Source: Amphiscolops sp. MND2022 (taxonomy: Eukaryota). From it: 64,000 nt of DNA. Shown in pieces: positions 1-14,300 of the stretch. A program made the position numbers and the translations under genes. The notes under the pieces were generated by a model. It saw only the letters and a program-made list of their open reading frames with translations. It ran no database searches and had not been told where the DNA came from. How positions within the stretch are numbered: position 1 is the first letter of the stretch; every line of letters begins with the position of its first letter. Where the stretch lies: the NCBI GenBank assembly GCA_964187785.1, contig OZ076415.1, forward strand, positions 14,384,001 through 14,448,000, written 5' to 3'.

Positions 1-1560
1 TTGTATAGTGTGTTGTCACTCGGACACTTTTGCTTGGCACTAGTAAATGATTTTGTTCAAAATTAACTTGGTGATCTGAAATATTTTGTGTATTGGCTGT
101 TCCTGAGAACGTTATGGGCTTCATTGATAGAGCATTGATAGAGTTGTTGAAAAGTTTCCAATTGCTGCTGGTCACGTATACAATGTGAAGCATACAAGAG
201 ACAATAGATCTTTTGTAAAGATCAGTGCTCGATGCGTGAAAAGTGTGCAACACTCCAGTGTCGGTCTCCTCACAGTACCACTGATAAACATCCGTCAACG
301 TGTCTTTGAATTTCCATATCGAGGAACACACTACAGCCTAGATCGTTAAACTTTTCAAGTGTGAACTTGATGTCTTCGTGAAATGTGTTTACAAAACCCA
401 ATGAGTACGAATCACCACCGTTACGCGAGATTTTAAAAACATCATCCATTTACCGCTAGCAGAATTTTCTGAACAACACCAATTCAAAGTCTTTTTGGAA
501 ACAAATATAATAGCAAGTACCGGACCCACTGAACTTCCCAATGGGACACCGTCAATCTGTTTGAAGTAATCTGGGGGTGTTAGCATATTTACGTCCTTTA
601 AAAACAGTCGAAAAGAACCTTGAAAGTAGACTTTCTAGTTCTCGCAGGAGCATGATGAGTGGAGAAAAAGGGGTCCATTGTGTAAATCAATGCTTCCACA
701 TAGCGACACTTTGGTAAACAAGATCTCTATATCGAGACTCATATTAACTTCAGGGTCATCCAGTTTCGATGTTTGAAATGTGTTGAGCTCATCTATTCCT
801 ATCAGTCCTGATCTTAGCTTCCGGCATTTTCTTCAGCATATTGGCGAGGGCTTTCGAAAAATTCTCGTATGGTTAGCCAGGCATTGAGAGAATTGGCCTA
901 GTTGGAACGTCTCTTTTGTGCACTGCAGCCAACCCATACAGTCGCGCAGGTTGTGATCACATGGGACGTACTTTCTTGTAAACGTTTTCCGAGATCAATC
1001 AAGGTTTTTTTGCAAATCGAACAGACGCTTAAAATACTTGGGCTCTACTTTGATAGGGAGTTCAGGAGAAGCGTCGACGTTTTGGAACTGTGGGCCACTC
1101 AAAATCTTGTTTATTTTTTCTCTGACAACTTGTGACCACTGCAATGCGCAACATAGCCAAGGGAGAACGCATTGATGTTGTTCGTTATCTAAACAGGAGC
1201 CTCTTTAACGAGACATTCACTCAAAGTTTGTCAATTCGAGACAAAAATGTTTCTCGTTGAATTTCGTTAGAAGTGAATGCTTAAAGCCGAAGCGTAAACA
1301 AGAGTTCACTGTTTCCTGTACAATAATGTTATCTAAAACAGTGAGAAAACCTCTGGTGTTCAACCGGGTGTATCCTGAAAAGCGCTCAAACTTTCCAATG
1401 TACGTTCATGTTTGACCTTAATGTCTTCCATCTTTTCTTTGGTCTTCCTAGAAACGTGAAACCAAATAGAGTGTAAAAGTTTGTCTGTGACTTTTTTTGC
1501 GTAAGGTCCTGGCCTAATATAGGGACTTATCGAGAAATGTGAAACTTTCTGCACTCTATT
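1..1560 (-). mobile_element. Decayed Penelope-like element (RT region, many stops and frameshifts; runs off the left edge)
   Basis: Minus-strand fragments occur in PLE RT order: KINKILSGPQF, LYGLAAVHKRDVPTRPILSMPG, SLDIEILFTKV, YFKQIDGVPLGSSVGPVLAIIF, NTFHEDIKFTLE..FLDMEI, TDTGV..YKRSIV. Confidence 0.85.
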
Positions 1561-1833
1561 TCGTCTCTTTCTTCATTAAACTCCTGTGGAAGTTGTCGAC
1601 GCATGCATAATTGAAGCTGCCATTGTATGGGAACCTATAGTTAATATATTTGAGAACAATTTTGTTTTCGAACTACTGTTTGAGAATTCCAATCATTGCA
1701 TTTTTGTCTGCTTCTTCACGTATTTTCTTTGGAAGACTAGAAAGTTTTTTGGCGTCTTGTCTTTCCAGTTCCCATATTAGGAGAGGGTGGGTAGGACACA
1801 TCTAGTCGTAAAATTGGAAACAAAGACACAACT

Positions 1834-1874
1834 GTGCTACGAAGCTTTCCGATCATTATATCCTCATACGTCAC
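1834..1874 (-). ncRNA. Possible degenerate minimal hammerhead ribozyme 5' of the Penelope ORF
   Basis: Minus strand reads GTG-a-CGTATGA-GGAT-ataatg-ATCG-GAAA-gcttc-GTA-g-CAC, about 4 deviations from the hammerhead core. The position is where PLE pLTR ribozymes are expected. Confidence 0.25.
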
Positions 1875-2049
1875 GTCTGAAGTTCTAAACTTTACAGAGA
1901 GCTAAAATTAGCATAGGTTCGTAAAACACGTAAAACAAGGTGTGAAGATAAATACTATTATTCGAAGAGATCTCAGACATATCAGAAATGACAATTTGTT
2001 CCTGTTGATTCAAAATTATTTTTCTTATGGATTTACAGATGGTTGAGGA

Positions 2050-3190
2050 TGATTATATACAGAACACAAAACAAATCACATATATACAGAACACATGTTA
2101 ACAAAATCCAATGTGAAGTTTTCAAAGTTTTTTGACGGGAGTTTGTTTCAGCACGTGTCCCAATGTACTTTTGATCAACCAGTTTCAACCGCAATTGATT
2201 TACTGGCTGAAGAGAAAGGCACAGGATACGTGTTATTTTCTGAGACATTCTGATGAGCATGAAAATCCAGGCTATAATATGTCAGGGTTGAGTCATAGTT
2301 TTTGTCCGATCAGCACACGACACGTGACACTGACAATTACTAACAAGCAGCGTTTCAGCACAATCTCCAGCTTTGTGACCTGTCCACGTTCTAACGACTT
2401 CCGAGGTAGGACCAGAAGTTCCACAACAACCTCGGTTCTAAACCAACGTCTTCGACGAATTAGGTTGCTGAAGGCAGTCTAACGGGTACAACGAACCCAT
2501 ATTTTGTTTTCTCATAAAGTTTTCGTGACGGGGGGCACAAGGAAATCAGTGTCCAAGAAACTGATCCAGAGTATTCCACATCAGTTTTTGAAACCTTTCT
2601 ATGCACTGGATTTACTATAGCATTATTTCAAACCTGAGGGAAAACGCCAGTTTGTCTAATTTTCTGATAGATCGCATACATCGTATAACAATTCTTGATT
2701 CGAAGACTTTCAATATTAACGAACGAAATTTGTCAGGTACTAAAACTACGATTTCTTGAAGGTCATGCAGAAGAAGAGCAATTATAGTTTTGCACACTTC
2801 GATTGTGTTTACAATATCAGCTTCGGCAGTGTACTGGTAAGAAGTCTCGGTAGACGAAAAATAAACAGACGGGAAAATTTGGTGAAAATTGGCGAAATCC
2901 GTTGTTTTTGATGACTTGCAGTGGCAATGGAACTGCCAAACTACTGAAAAAGAAGAGAGCGCGATCGTCGGAATAACCTGAATACCTTGAAAAGTCCACC
3001 TGAAAACCTTGAAAAGTCCATCAGACGAACATGTCAAGAACATCTTTTCTTGATAACAACACATGTTTTGGTAGAGATTCATATATAACTGACTCTTGAG
3101 CTCAAAAATCATAACAGTCGGAATATTGGATCGCTTTTCTAAAGTATTGATTCCATACGTACCATAGTGTTGTTTACATTGACGTTGCTG
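2050..3190 (-). pseudogene. Possible heavily decayed hAT-like transposase
   Basis: Fragments across frames (KSDPIF..CVV..H; LAVPLPLQVIKNNGFRQF; IIALLLHD) loosely follow the hAT BED / N-terminal / first-Asp order. No TIRs found. Confidence 0.3.
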
Positions 3191-4499
3191 CAACCGCAGG
3201 GCTGAAAATAATGACGTACCATTTCAGTTTAAATGTTTTAAGAAAAATGGATAATTTTTTCGTAACATTATTTCATTAACATTTGTCGTACTGAATCCGG
3301 TGAATAAAAAAGTCAGTATGAAGAGAATTAGTGAATGTCATAAAAGTTCAATCATCTCGTTCTCAGCAAAAGGCTTCTTACAATAAACAGTGAAGTGTTA
3401 AAATTCGTTGATGGTCTGAATTGTTCAATGGTAACCTTGCTAATCAGAATATTTTTTACCTGTTTCTCAACCTGTTAATGACCAAAAGGGCCAGTAGCGA
3501 TGTTTTGGGAGTTCCCAAAACCTGTATAGAGTTTGTTGTGTCTTCCTCGATTATTTTTTCCATTCTTTTTGCTTGGGAATAGACGTTGAATACACCCACT
3601 CTCTTGTTTTTCTCATCTGCAGTGTTCACTTTTCGCAGTTGTACGAAATATTGAAGTATCTTTTCTTTGATCCCTAGAACTGACTTCAACGCCCCCTGGT
3701 TTTTCCATTTCGAACTCAAAGTCAAAGGCTTCACTCGAAATTTCTGTCTGATTGCGTTCAAAACAGTATGCGTTCCCTATAGGTCGCTTTTTCACTTTCA
3801 GTCGCATCATCTAATCGGTTCTCATTCATGTTGAAGAGGTTGAGATTCTCCTCTTTTGTTCTGAGTCCGCTCGTTCTTCTTCATCTACAAAATTTGGCGG
3901 AACGGCAGAAATGAGATACAGGTGAAACGACGATGTACCCAAGATGTGAGATATGAATCAAGTACACTGTTGTGTTTTCGAGGGTTATGGATGAAATTAC
4001 CAAGTATTTAGGCAGATTGATGGAACCAAAGCAAGCACTGATCTTATATGGATCTGTCACTGTCAATACCGAGCAAATCCAATGGAACCGTGTACTTCTT
4101 TTTTAATGTCTGTTGCTGTTGCAATCTGTTCTGTCCTTTCTTCATCTATCTGCGTTGCATTATGGTCACTAAATTCCAGGAGCTTTTCAGATAGACCATG
4201 TCTGAGAAGGTCGTTGAGAGGACGATGTCGATGGACGATGACTATAAAGAGCAGGAGGAGTGGGAGGAGCATTGATTCGGTGACTGGGTCACGCGAGATG
4301 AAGGAGGGATACGAAGGGATATGATCGCCCGCGGATTCCGCTAAAAAGTTGAGTTGGTCAAAAGATATCAAGTTGTTTAGCACAAAAAAGAAGGTTGAGC
4401 ATAGCTGGCATGCCCATCCACGCCCTAAGCACTTGACTGTTAGGAAGAAGTCTAGGACGAGAGAGATTAACAGCCTTTTCTTCGTTAGGACAGAAAGAC

Positions 4500-7400
4500 G
4501 AAATTGTCTGCTGAACCGTTAGATGTCGACTTTCTTTTCAATTGAAGAGCTTTGCTGGACTGGGTACATTTTCGCCAATTGGATCATCAGAAATTGACTG
4601 AGAGGTCTTGAGTTGAGAAATGCTTCGATATCGCAGAGTGTTGCGGCAAGTTCCTCGTAATTCAAGACGTTGTTACGCACTGTCTTTTTGATATGGCGCT
4701 TAGCTGCTTTGATTCCTGGTTCCCAGAGCCCTCTCAAATGCCGTGACCCTGATGGAATCATCAACCATTGTGGTCCAAGATCAGTTGCAACCTTCGGTTA
4801 GAACTCCCTACTGTTTTTACATGAGATTTCTTCGAGACGTTTCAGCTCATTCGCTGTTACCACGAAATTTGTTGCATTATCGGAGTGTATACAACCGGGG
4901 GCACCTCTGCGAGAAATGAAACGTCAAAGTGATGCAGTGCAAGCAGGTGAGCTCAGACAAGAAACTAACTCCAAATGAATTTCCTTCGTTGCAAAGAAAA
5001 TAAACAATGCCATGTAACACTTGAAAAATTCTTTCGTCTAAAATTTCTTGACAGTGAAGGAACCAGTGAACTCAACTCCGGTGTGTGTGTGTGTGCGGAG
5101 GTAATGGGGTAATCTTTTCCTCAGTCAGGACAACCATGTTTGAGGCTTGCATTCTGGAATTGTATCGGAAACATTTAATGCAGTTGTGGACGTACTTCCG
5201 AATGAGGTTTTGGCTTGTATGAATCAAAAACTTCGTATAGTTTCTGCTAGAGTGGCATTCGCTCCAGCATGCAGCATCTTTGTATAAACATCAGTGATGA
5301 TCAGTCTAGCTAGGAGATTTTCCTTTGATATGAGAATCGGGAAACATTCTGATTCCTTAGAAACGGGACTTTTTCTATTTCTCCCGCGCCAGTTTTGAGG
5401 ATCTAATCCTCATTGGAGGAATGGAGCAGCAAAAAGCGAGAGATGACGTTGGTTTTGTAGGCAGTCGACTTCCTGTGCATAATGTGGACTCTACTCATAT
5501 CGAACAAAACCTTCCATTAGTTTTTGGCGAAATTTCACGTATCCGGGTCCAGGTTTCTTCTAAAATAGCAGCTTTTTGGGACCATAATTTGCCTTTCGTG
5601 ACATTTCCAGGAAGTAACGAACGTAACAGTACACTCAAATAGCCCGAGACGAAGTCCACTATTTGTTTAGATTGAAGCGATCTTGATTGAGTGTTTCCGA
5701 GATTGTCCTCAAAAAACGTAAAATGTGGCTTCTCTTCCACTCAGTATCGGTTTTTCTTAGTTGGGGTTGCTCTGGAATGCTCAAAGTTTCTAACCACTTC
5801 GGAAAATGCCACCACAACGTTTCGGAGTGCAATTGAGTGGCAGAAACGCCTAGCGTTGCTAGATCTGCTGGTACTTTCACTGGGGACATCTCTTCAACGA
5901 TTCGCCTTGAGAACATCCCGACTTGCTTGGGCGATGAAGTTGTTCCAGTTTCTTGGGATTCTTTGGAGCCAACATAGGACTAGAATTGATTCTGTCCAAC
6001 CATGAAGTTGCTCCGGTATGAACTGGATCTTCAATAGATTCGGTAAAACAACTTTCAGCAAATTACAACCAAAAACACTGTACAAATATTTCAATTTTGG
6101 CACAATGAAGTGCTTCAGAGGAACCACCTTTGACTTTGGAACTAAGAGATGGGTTTTTCAAGTCCTAGGCAACGACTACAGATGCAAGTAGCATAGGCTA
6201 GTTCCGAAGCATCGCAAGAAACGTGTAACTCGAATATCTACATGGTAATCTTCAAATTCGTGATTGTTGGTAATGTCCTCCACTTCTTGATGAAATCTGG
6301 ATGAATATACGGTGGTGGATTTTGATCCCAATTTACTCGACGCTCTCAGCAAGACTGCTTGATGAGTTTAAATTTCAGCGTAACTGGCGTCAAAAACCCA
6401 AGTGGGTCAAAGATTTTCGAGATGTTAGACAACATCTCTTGGTGAACTCTCGACTATTCTCATTGATTATGCAGACGCAATTGTCTTCATTGGATAGCTT
6501 TTTGTTTCGACACGGTGATCTTTATGAGTGACATTTGTTTCAATTTCGCGAAACTCTGGTGATTAAGATTCAATAATCTGTACCATGTTGCTAGCAAACT
6601 TTCGTAAAGTAATTTCATGCTTTTCCAATTGCTTTGTGACTGTTGGGATCAGTTGGGCAGCTACTTCAGTAATATGAGCACCAGAAGGCATATCATCTAC
6701 ATCGAAATCCCTTTTGATGATCTCTTTCACGGAGGGATCGAATTGAGTGGTAACCCGACGTGTCGATGCCATATGTTACTCGCGTCTTAAAGTAAACTTT
6801 GATCGGATCTTCAGGTGTATCTCTCCAGAACAGGCGGTGAAAATCCTCATCTTCTTTGTCTAAAGCAACTTGTCTGTAAATTTTGGCAATAACATCAGTA
6901 ACACCGATAGCATAGCATCCGAATATGATAAAATGGTCGAACAGGTCTTCATGAAATTTGGGTCCCACCAACACGACATCAAGAGCTCGCTGTAACCCGA
7001 AGAAGTGGAGTCCATCCAGGCGGTTCAGACCGCGTGGTTTTTACATTCTTAGCGTGAGTGGAAACCCCGAGCTTGCTAGCTGAGCGGATTGCTGCATTTT
7101 CCTCTATATTCGATTCTTTCCATTTGTTAATTGCTTATTTGCTATGTACGCTTCAGAACTGTGCTAGCTTTTGTATCCTGAGGTTTCTCAATTCACCACT
7201 TCGATAGTTCCTGCATTACTTTGTGCAGACTTTTTGGTGATGATCTTGAAAACAAGCAAGATGCCCACTACAGAGGGCATTGAAAAACCAGAACTGGTTG
7301 ATGAAGCATCCGGGATGCCTGTCCTCGAAGGTAAAATGGACTGGTGACAAAAGACTGTCAGTCCTGACACCAAGGTCATTCGCGATAGTTCATCCTTCGT

Positions 7401-7915
7401 TTGACGCTATAAGTGACACAATTCCGACTGTCGTTACTCAAGCACACAGTTTCTGGCGACCAGATCTGTAAATCCGATGTTTTAGCGTTTGAACACATTG
7501 GCATGTAAATTTTCAACAAATCCCATAAGCGGGTTCTTTCTAATTGGCCTATCACTAGCGAGCCGCAATAGGTGCTTAACGTGTTTTTAAGTGTTTGTAG
7601 CCTTTTTAGATGCGTTTTCAGCCATGTACGATAGGTGTGAGCGCAGTGGCAGCCAAGCTTTGACGCAGTTTTCAGGGGGTCAATGAGTGTTGATCTCTCT
7701 CCCTTCCGATCCTTTGTAGAGACGTTGTACAAAGTTGGTTGTTGGTGGGAATGCAGAACAGTAGATAGTTCTAACGTTACAAACTGTGCTGTTTTGACAT
7801 GGGTAATAAATATTTTGTGTGAAAAGAGTCCTTTTTTGTGGAAATGTGTGCAAAAAACATAAATTACTGTTATTGCTTCACCAGACCACAAACAGTTCGG
7901 ACTGCACACCACAGC
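4500..7915 (-). mobile_element. Decayed BEL/Pao LTR retrotransposon internal region (no LTRs seen)
   Basis: RT LVGPKFHEDLFD..IAKIYRQV..FHRLFWRD..VTYG, Pao RNase H region VPKL and NNFIAQ, and integrase GLWEPGIKAAKRHIKK..LNYEEL..IEAFLNSRPL. Many frameshifts. Confidence 0.9.
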
Positions 7916-8384
7916 GTTAATTAGAAGCTCAACAGCACATTAGTATTTTCACCCATAAAGGGAAGGGTCGGAAAATTTCGAATTTTGACCTGTTTCAGGA
8001 GTGTACGATTGCATTGCTAAAACTCATTGAACACTCGATGTTTTTGTTGGCTGAGAACCTCAGGATTTTTATTGCGAGTTAGAGGTTAGGGCGCATAAAG
8101 CCGAAACAGCGTAGCAAAATTCTTTTCCAGGGTAGAAAATGTAAACAAAACGCACTGAAACTGTCAATGCTTCCCATTTCCGGTTAGTCGAGATTTCTAC
8201 TTTGAAGCCCAGTCTGAATCTCGTTAGATTTTCGTAAGTGAAACTGAAATATACGTTTACATGAAAAACTTCGTGTGAAATTATGGCTCAAAAGTAACAT
8301 GTAAATTAATTTCCAAACGTTGTTTCGACTCAGTAAGCGCAAAAAGTGCCGAAAAAGTCTAAAACGTGAGGACCGTGAGTGCCC

Positions 8385-11300
8385 AGTAACTAGTCAAGCA
8401 ACTACCAGTGAAGAATTATTCCGTTGTTACGAACCGTTGGAGCGCGTGTAAGACCAGTTTTGGCAGTCTTAGCAACTATACGAGTGACCCATACTGGGGA
8501 AATACCGATTTATAAAGAAAACTGTCGAACAAAGCTTGACTAACTTACTTGCAGTTACTACCAAAATTTGTAGCGATTGCTTTGAGAAATCAACCAAACA
8601 ACATGCGGTTACCCGAAATATTTTTTGAGTAACCCGCGAATATCGTTCGCATAGTGAGGCTAATTGTGTGTTCACCGTCGTAACTAGTGCTAGTTCTGGT
8701 CTCGAATATATATTACAGTCTCGTAAGTCTTACAGGTTGAAATTTTTTGCGGGTCGATTCGTAGCTTCGTATATTGTACAGTCGAATAAAAAACGAGCAG
8801 CTGTTTCTTCAGTTTCTTTGCAAGGGCAGAGCGGGCTAGCAGTTAGACTTCTATTGTAGGCGAAGATATTCATTGGGGGGTTAATATCCAGTAGTAGTTC
8901 AATAGCGGTCCGCACTTCTTGTTTAGTAGCGTTTACTTTCATCAGCATTGCCTCATTGTGTACTCTATGTTCAAGATTCTTTAGGTGTGAAGCAAAATCC
9001 GGGTATAGCCATCTGGAGCTCCATCTAAGAAGGATGTGACTTCCACTCACACCTTCGGTGTTGCTAAGATCGTCAGATAAATCAAAATATTTCAGATTGT
9101 AAAATTGTTTCATTATGTTTGTCTGAGAGGTGATGAATGTTAATGAGTTTTGTTGTTGAATAACTCGTTACTTCAGATGAAAATGATTATGTAGACCTTT
9201 CGTTAGAAATTTGGCTGAGATGTTTTGAACAATAATGTCTTTTGGAGGTATGCCCATTAGCCCTTCTGTAGCCATTGAATTCGGATAGTACCTTGTCTTC
9301 AAAACATCGCGATTGACAAACAATTGAAAACTTTCGAGCTTCTTGGTATTTTGATTCGCCCATACAGGAGCACAGTAGAGTAGCGTCGGTAGAATAAAAG
9401 TTTTGTATACAAGGACGAGCGTGTTCCGCGAGAGACCCCATTTCTTATTACAGTGAATTCTCATTTCTTACCACAGACCTTTGCAACGAGCATTTATCTT
9501 TTCTGCATGCCTTTTAAAAGAAAAACTGTCATCGACGGTCAGTCCAAGTATTTTTATCTCATAGCTTATTTTGCATTTTTCACCTCCTAATTTGAACACA
9601 GGTGTATTCACATCCAGGTTATGGTGCACAATTTCGGTCTTGGTGCCGTTCAGCTGGATCCGCCAGGTTCGACACCAATTTTCCAACGTATTCAGATTTT
9701 AGTCAATAGTGAGACATGTGGTTGACTGGTAATCAGCTATCACGAGTATCTGTGAGTCATCAGCATATTTGAACTTTATCCCTGTAGTATTGTTTAACAT
9801 ATCTGCACGGTAAAAAGAAAAAGCAGGGGTGATGGTACACTTCCCTAAGGTACTCCCTGTTTAGCTTTTAAAGGATGGCTGATCAAATCGTCAAGTCTTT
9901 CTTGTTTTGACAAAGCGGCAAGTGCGAAATGAGCAACAATCCTTCGTGCCAAACACTATCAAATGCTTTTTCGAGATCACGGTTAATGAGAGCTGCTTTC
10001 TTTTTGTCCCTTACAAGTATTTCGTATTCAAGCTCGAGTCGGTATAGTGAAGGCGTAGTGCTCTTTTTGGCAAGAACTATTTGTTATTCATCAGAAAGAC
10101 TTTCAATCTGTTGTACAGTATAATCTCTAACACTTCACCAACATGGCTGCTCATGCAGATAGATCTGTATGCAGAGGGGTCAGTATAGTCTGGTTTAGAA
10201 GGTTTCTTAATGAAAAGAACACGAGATTCAGTCCACGGCCATACACTATTTGTTTGGCAGGAGTTGAAGAAATTCACCAGAGATGTACGGAACTTTGGGC
10301 CACATTCGACAATCATCTTAGGGTGGAAGTTGTTTTCGTCAAATGAACATGCAGTGTTGTGAAGTTTGATAATGACGTTATCATGTTCATGCATCTGGAC
10401 ATCTTCATTATACTATAAATTATCCCGTGCTTGTTTTTGCTTGTCAAAATCGTTTTCATTCAAATTTTTTCCGCTGAAAAAGGTGTCCAGGAGTACATGG
10501 ACATTTTCCGTGGCTGTGAAGCAAAGTCTTTTTTTTACATTTTAGAGGAGCAATCATTGTGTCTCTCTCATTAGAGAAGACCTTTTTGAAGTTATTCCAG
10601 AATTCATTTCTGTGATGCGCATTGTTAACATCCTTCAGTTTCTTTTAGTCCAGTTAGTTGCTGCCGTCTCAATTTCTTTTTTGAATTTTCCGCGAGCGTC
10701 ATTCAGAGCTGCAAGATTTCCTGGAGTCGAAGTACGTTTGAATAGTTTTCGAAGCTGTCTTGAGCTCTTGCTTCAGTTCGTAAGATTTGTGATCCAAAAG
10801 GGCCTACTATATACAGAGCAGATTTTGGTTGGGATGCATAGCTGATTTACTTCTTCCAGTATCTTGCTTATTTTCAGCCTTGTTTCATCAGGGTTATTGT
10901 ATATCGCGTTTGCAAGGTCCGTCCATTTACTGGCTTCTTCTTCCAAAGCTTCACGCCATCTGTCCCAGTCAGCGTTTTCCAGATCAAATTTAGTTTCTCT
11001 GTAATTGCTTCTCGTTGGTATGTCAAAATTTACAGGTACCGGCACATTTCCTCTATTAGGATAGTCAGTGAACTGCTCGACTTCAGTGTCCGTGTAAAGG
11101 AGAAATTCCCGCTGGTTAGACTGTCCGTTACGATGAATGAATCAATGAAGGAGGCTCCGTTAGGTGCGTAAAAAGTATATTCGCCATCATCTAGAATGTT
11201 CATCTCATGGTTTTCGACGAATTGTTCCAGCATTTCGCCACTCTAAGTGCAACGTGTATGGCTCCACAAAAGACTTCTAGCATATAAATCTCCCACGGAG

Positions 11301-14300
11301 ATAACTCCTGTCATGTTGTTTCTATGGGAAAAAGCTCTCGCATTTTCCAGTGAATGAACGAAGTCTTTAATAGAGTCTTCGGCGTTTGGAGGAATGTATG
11401 AAGTTGCTAGAATGAAAGATTTATGACCAAGGTATACTGCGCACCAGATTGAGTCAAATGTTTTTTCCTGGAGAGTCGGAGTTCCACAGCAGCTTACGTC
11501 TTTAGGTAAAGAAAGGGTAACCCCACCGTGATGTGCTAGCTGATGATGGGAACACGTCTGATAATTTTTCAAAAAGTCTTGCGAAAACCATTGTTTGGTT
11601 TTTTGTCTTTATTACTTTTTTTTAATAAAGTCGGGTTTCATGTCATCTATGTATTTTTCGAGTGCGATTCGTTTCGCGTTTGACAGTCCGGAGGAGTTTA
11701 GCTGCATGAATGAAAGAGTGCTAGTAACTAGTCAAGCAACTACCAGTGAAGAATTATTCCGTTGTTACGAACCGTTGGAGCGCGTGTAAGACCAGTTTTG
11801 GCAGTCTTAGCAACTATACGAGTGACCCATACTGGGGAAATACCGATTTATAAAGAAAACTGTCGAACAAAGCTTGACTAACTTACTTGCAGTTACTACC
11901 AAAATTTGTAGCGATTGCTTTGAGAAATCAACCAAACAACATGCGGTTACCCGAAATATTTTTTGAGTAACCCGCGAATATCGTTCGCATAGTGAGGCTA
12001 ATTGTGTGTTCACCGTCGTAACTAGTGCTAGTTCTGGTCTCGAATATATATTACAGTCTCGTAAGTCTTACAGGTTGAAATTTTTTGCGGGTCGGTTCGT
12101 AGCTTCGTATATTGTACAGTCGAATAAAAAACGAGCAGCTGTTTCTTCAGTTTCTTTGCAAGGGCAGAGCGGGCTAGCAGTTAGACTTCTATTGTAGGCG
12201 AAGATATTCATTGGGGGGTTAATATCCAGTAGTAGTTCAATAGCGGTCCGCACTTCTTGTTTAGTAGCGTTTCCTTTCATCAGCATTGCCTCATTGTGTA
12301 CTCTATGTTCAAGATTCTTTAGGTGTGAAGCAAAATCCGGGTATAGCCATCTGGAGCTCCATCTAAGAAGGATGTGACTTCCACTCACACCTTCGGTGTT
12401 GCTATGATCGTCAGATAAATCAAAATATTTCAGATTGTAAAATTGTTTCATTATGTTTGTCTGAGAGGTGATGAATGTTAATGAGTTTTGTTGTTGAATA
12501 ACTCGTTACTTCAGATGAAAATGATTATGTAGAACTTTCGTTAGAAATTTGGCTGAGATGTTTTGAACAATAATGTCTTTTGGAGGTATGCCCATTAGCC
12601 CTTCTGTAGCCATTGAATTCGGATAGTACCTTGTCTTCAAAACATCGCGATTGACAAACAATTGAAAACTTTCGAGCTTCTTGGTATTTTGATTCGCCCA
12701 TACAGGAGCACAGTAGAGTAGCGTCGGTAGAATAAAAGTTTTGTATACAAGGACGAGCGTGTTCCGCGAGAGACCCCATTTCTTATTACAGTGAATTCTC
12801 ATTTCTTACCACAGACCTTTGCAACGAGCATTTATCTTTTCTGCATGCCTTTTAAAAGAAAAACTGTCATCGACGGTCAGTCCATGTATTTTTATCTCAT
12901 AGCTTATTTTGCATTTTTCACCTCCTAATTTGAACACAGGTGTATTCACATCCAGGTTATGGGGCACAATTTCGGTCTTGGTGCCGTTCAGCTGGATCCG
13001 CCAGGTTCGACACCAATTTTCCAACGTATTCAGATTTTAGTCAATAGTGAGACATGTGGTTGACTAGTAATCAGCTATCACGAGTATCTGTGAGTCATCA
13101 GCATATTTGAACTTTATCCCTGTAGTATTGTTTAACATATCTGCACGCTAAAAAGAAAAAGCAGGGGTGATGGTACACTTCCCTAAGGTACTCCCTGTTT
13201 AGCTTTTAAAGGATGGCTGATCAAATCGTCAAGTCTTTCTTGTTTTGACAAAGCGGCAAGTGCGAAATGAGCAACAATCCTTCGTGCCAAACACTATCAA
13301 ATGCTTTTTCAAGATCACGGTTAATGAGAGCTGCTTTCTTTTTGTCCCTTACAAGTATTTCGTATTCAAGCTCGAGTCGGTATAGTGAAGGCGTAGTGCT
13401 CTTTTTGGCAAGAACTATTTGTTATTCATCAGAAAGACTTTCAATCTGTTGTTCAGTATAATCTCTAACACTTCACCAACATGGCTGCTCATGCAGATAG
13501 ATCTGTATGCAGAGGGGTCAGTATAGTCTGGTTTAGAAGGTTTCTTAATGAAAAGAACACGAGATTCAGTCCACGGCCATACACTATTTGTTTGGCAAGA
13601 GTTGAAGAAATTCACCAGAGATGTACGGAACTTTGGGCCACATTCGACAATCATCTTAGGGTGGAAGTTGTTTTCGTCAAATGAACATGCAGTGTTGTGA
13701 AGTTTGATAATGACGTTATCATGTTCATGCATCTGGACATCTTCATTATACTATAAATTATCCCGTGCTTGTTTTTGCTTGTCAAAATCGTTTTCATTCA
13801 AATTTTTTCCGCTGAAAAAGGTGTCCAGGAGTACATGGACATTTTCCGTGGCTGTGAAGCAAAGTCTTTTTTTTACATTTTAGAGGAGCAATCATTGTGT
13901 CTCTCTCATTAGAGAAGACCTTTTTGAAGTTATTCCAGAATTCATTTCTGTGATGCGCATTGTTAACATCCTTCAGTTTCTTTTAGTCCAGTTAGTTGCT
14001 GCCGTCTCAATTTCTTTTTTGAATTTTCCGCGAGCGTCATTCAGAGCTGCAAGATTTCCTGGAGTCGAAGTACGTTTGAATAGTTTTCGAAGCTGTCTTG
14101 AGCTCTTGCTTCAGTTCGTAAGATTTGTGATCCAAAAGGGCCTACTATATACAGAGCAGATTTTGGTTGGGATGCATAGCTGATTTACTTCTTCCAGTAT
14201 CTTGCTTATTTTCAGCCTTGTTTCATCAGGGTTATTGTATATCGCGTTTGCAAGGTCCGTCCATTTACTGGCTTCTTCTTCCAAAGCTTCACGCCATCTG

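Noticed and set aside
5084-5096. (GT)n microsatellite as a separate feature
   Set aside because: It is a small slippage expansion within the decayed BEL integrase (the HTG-VDF motif region).
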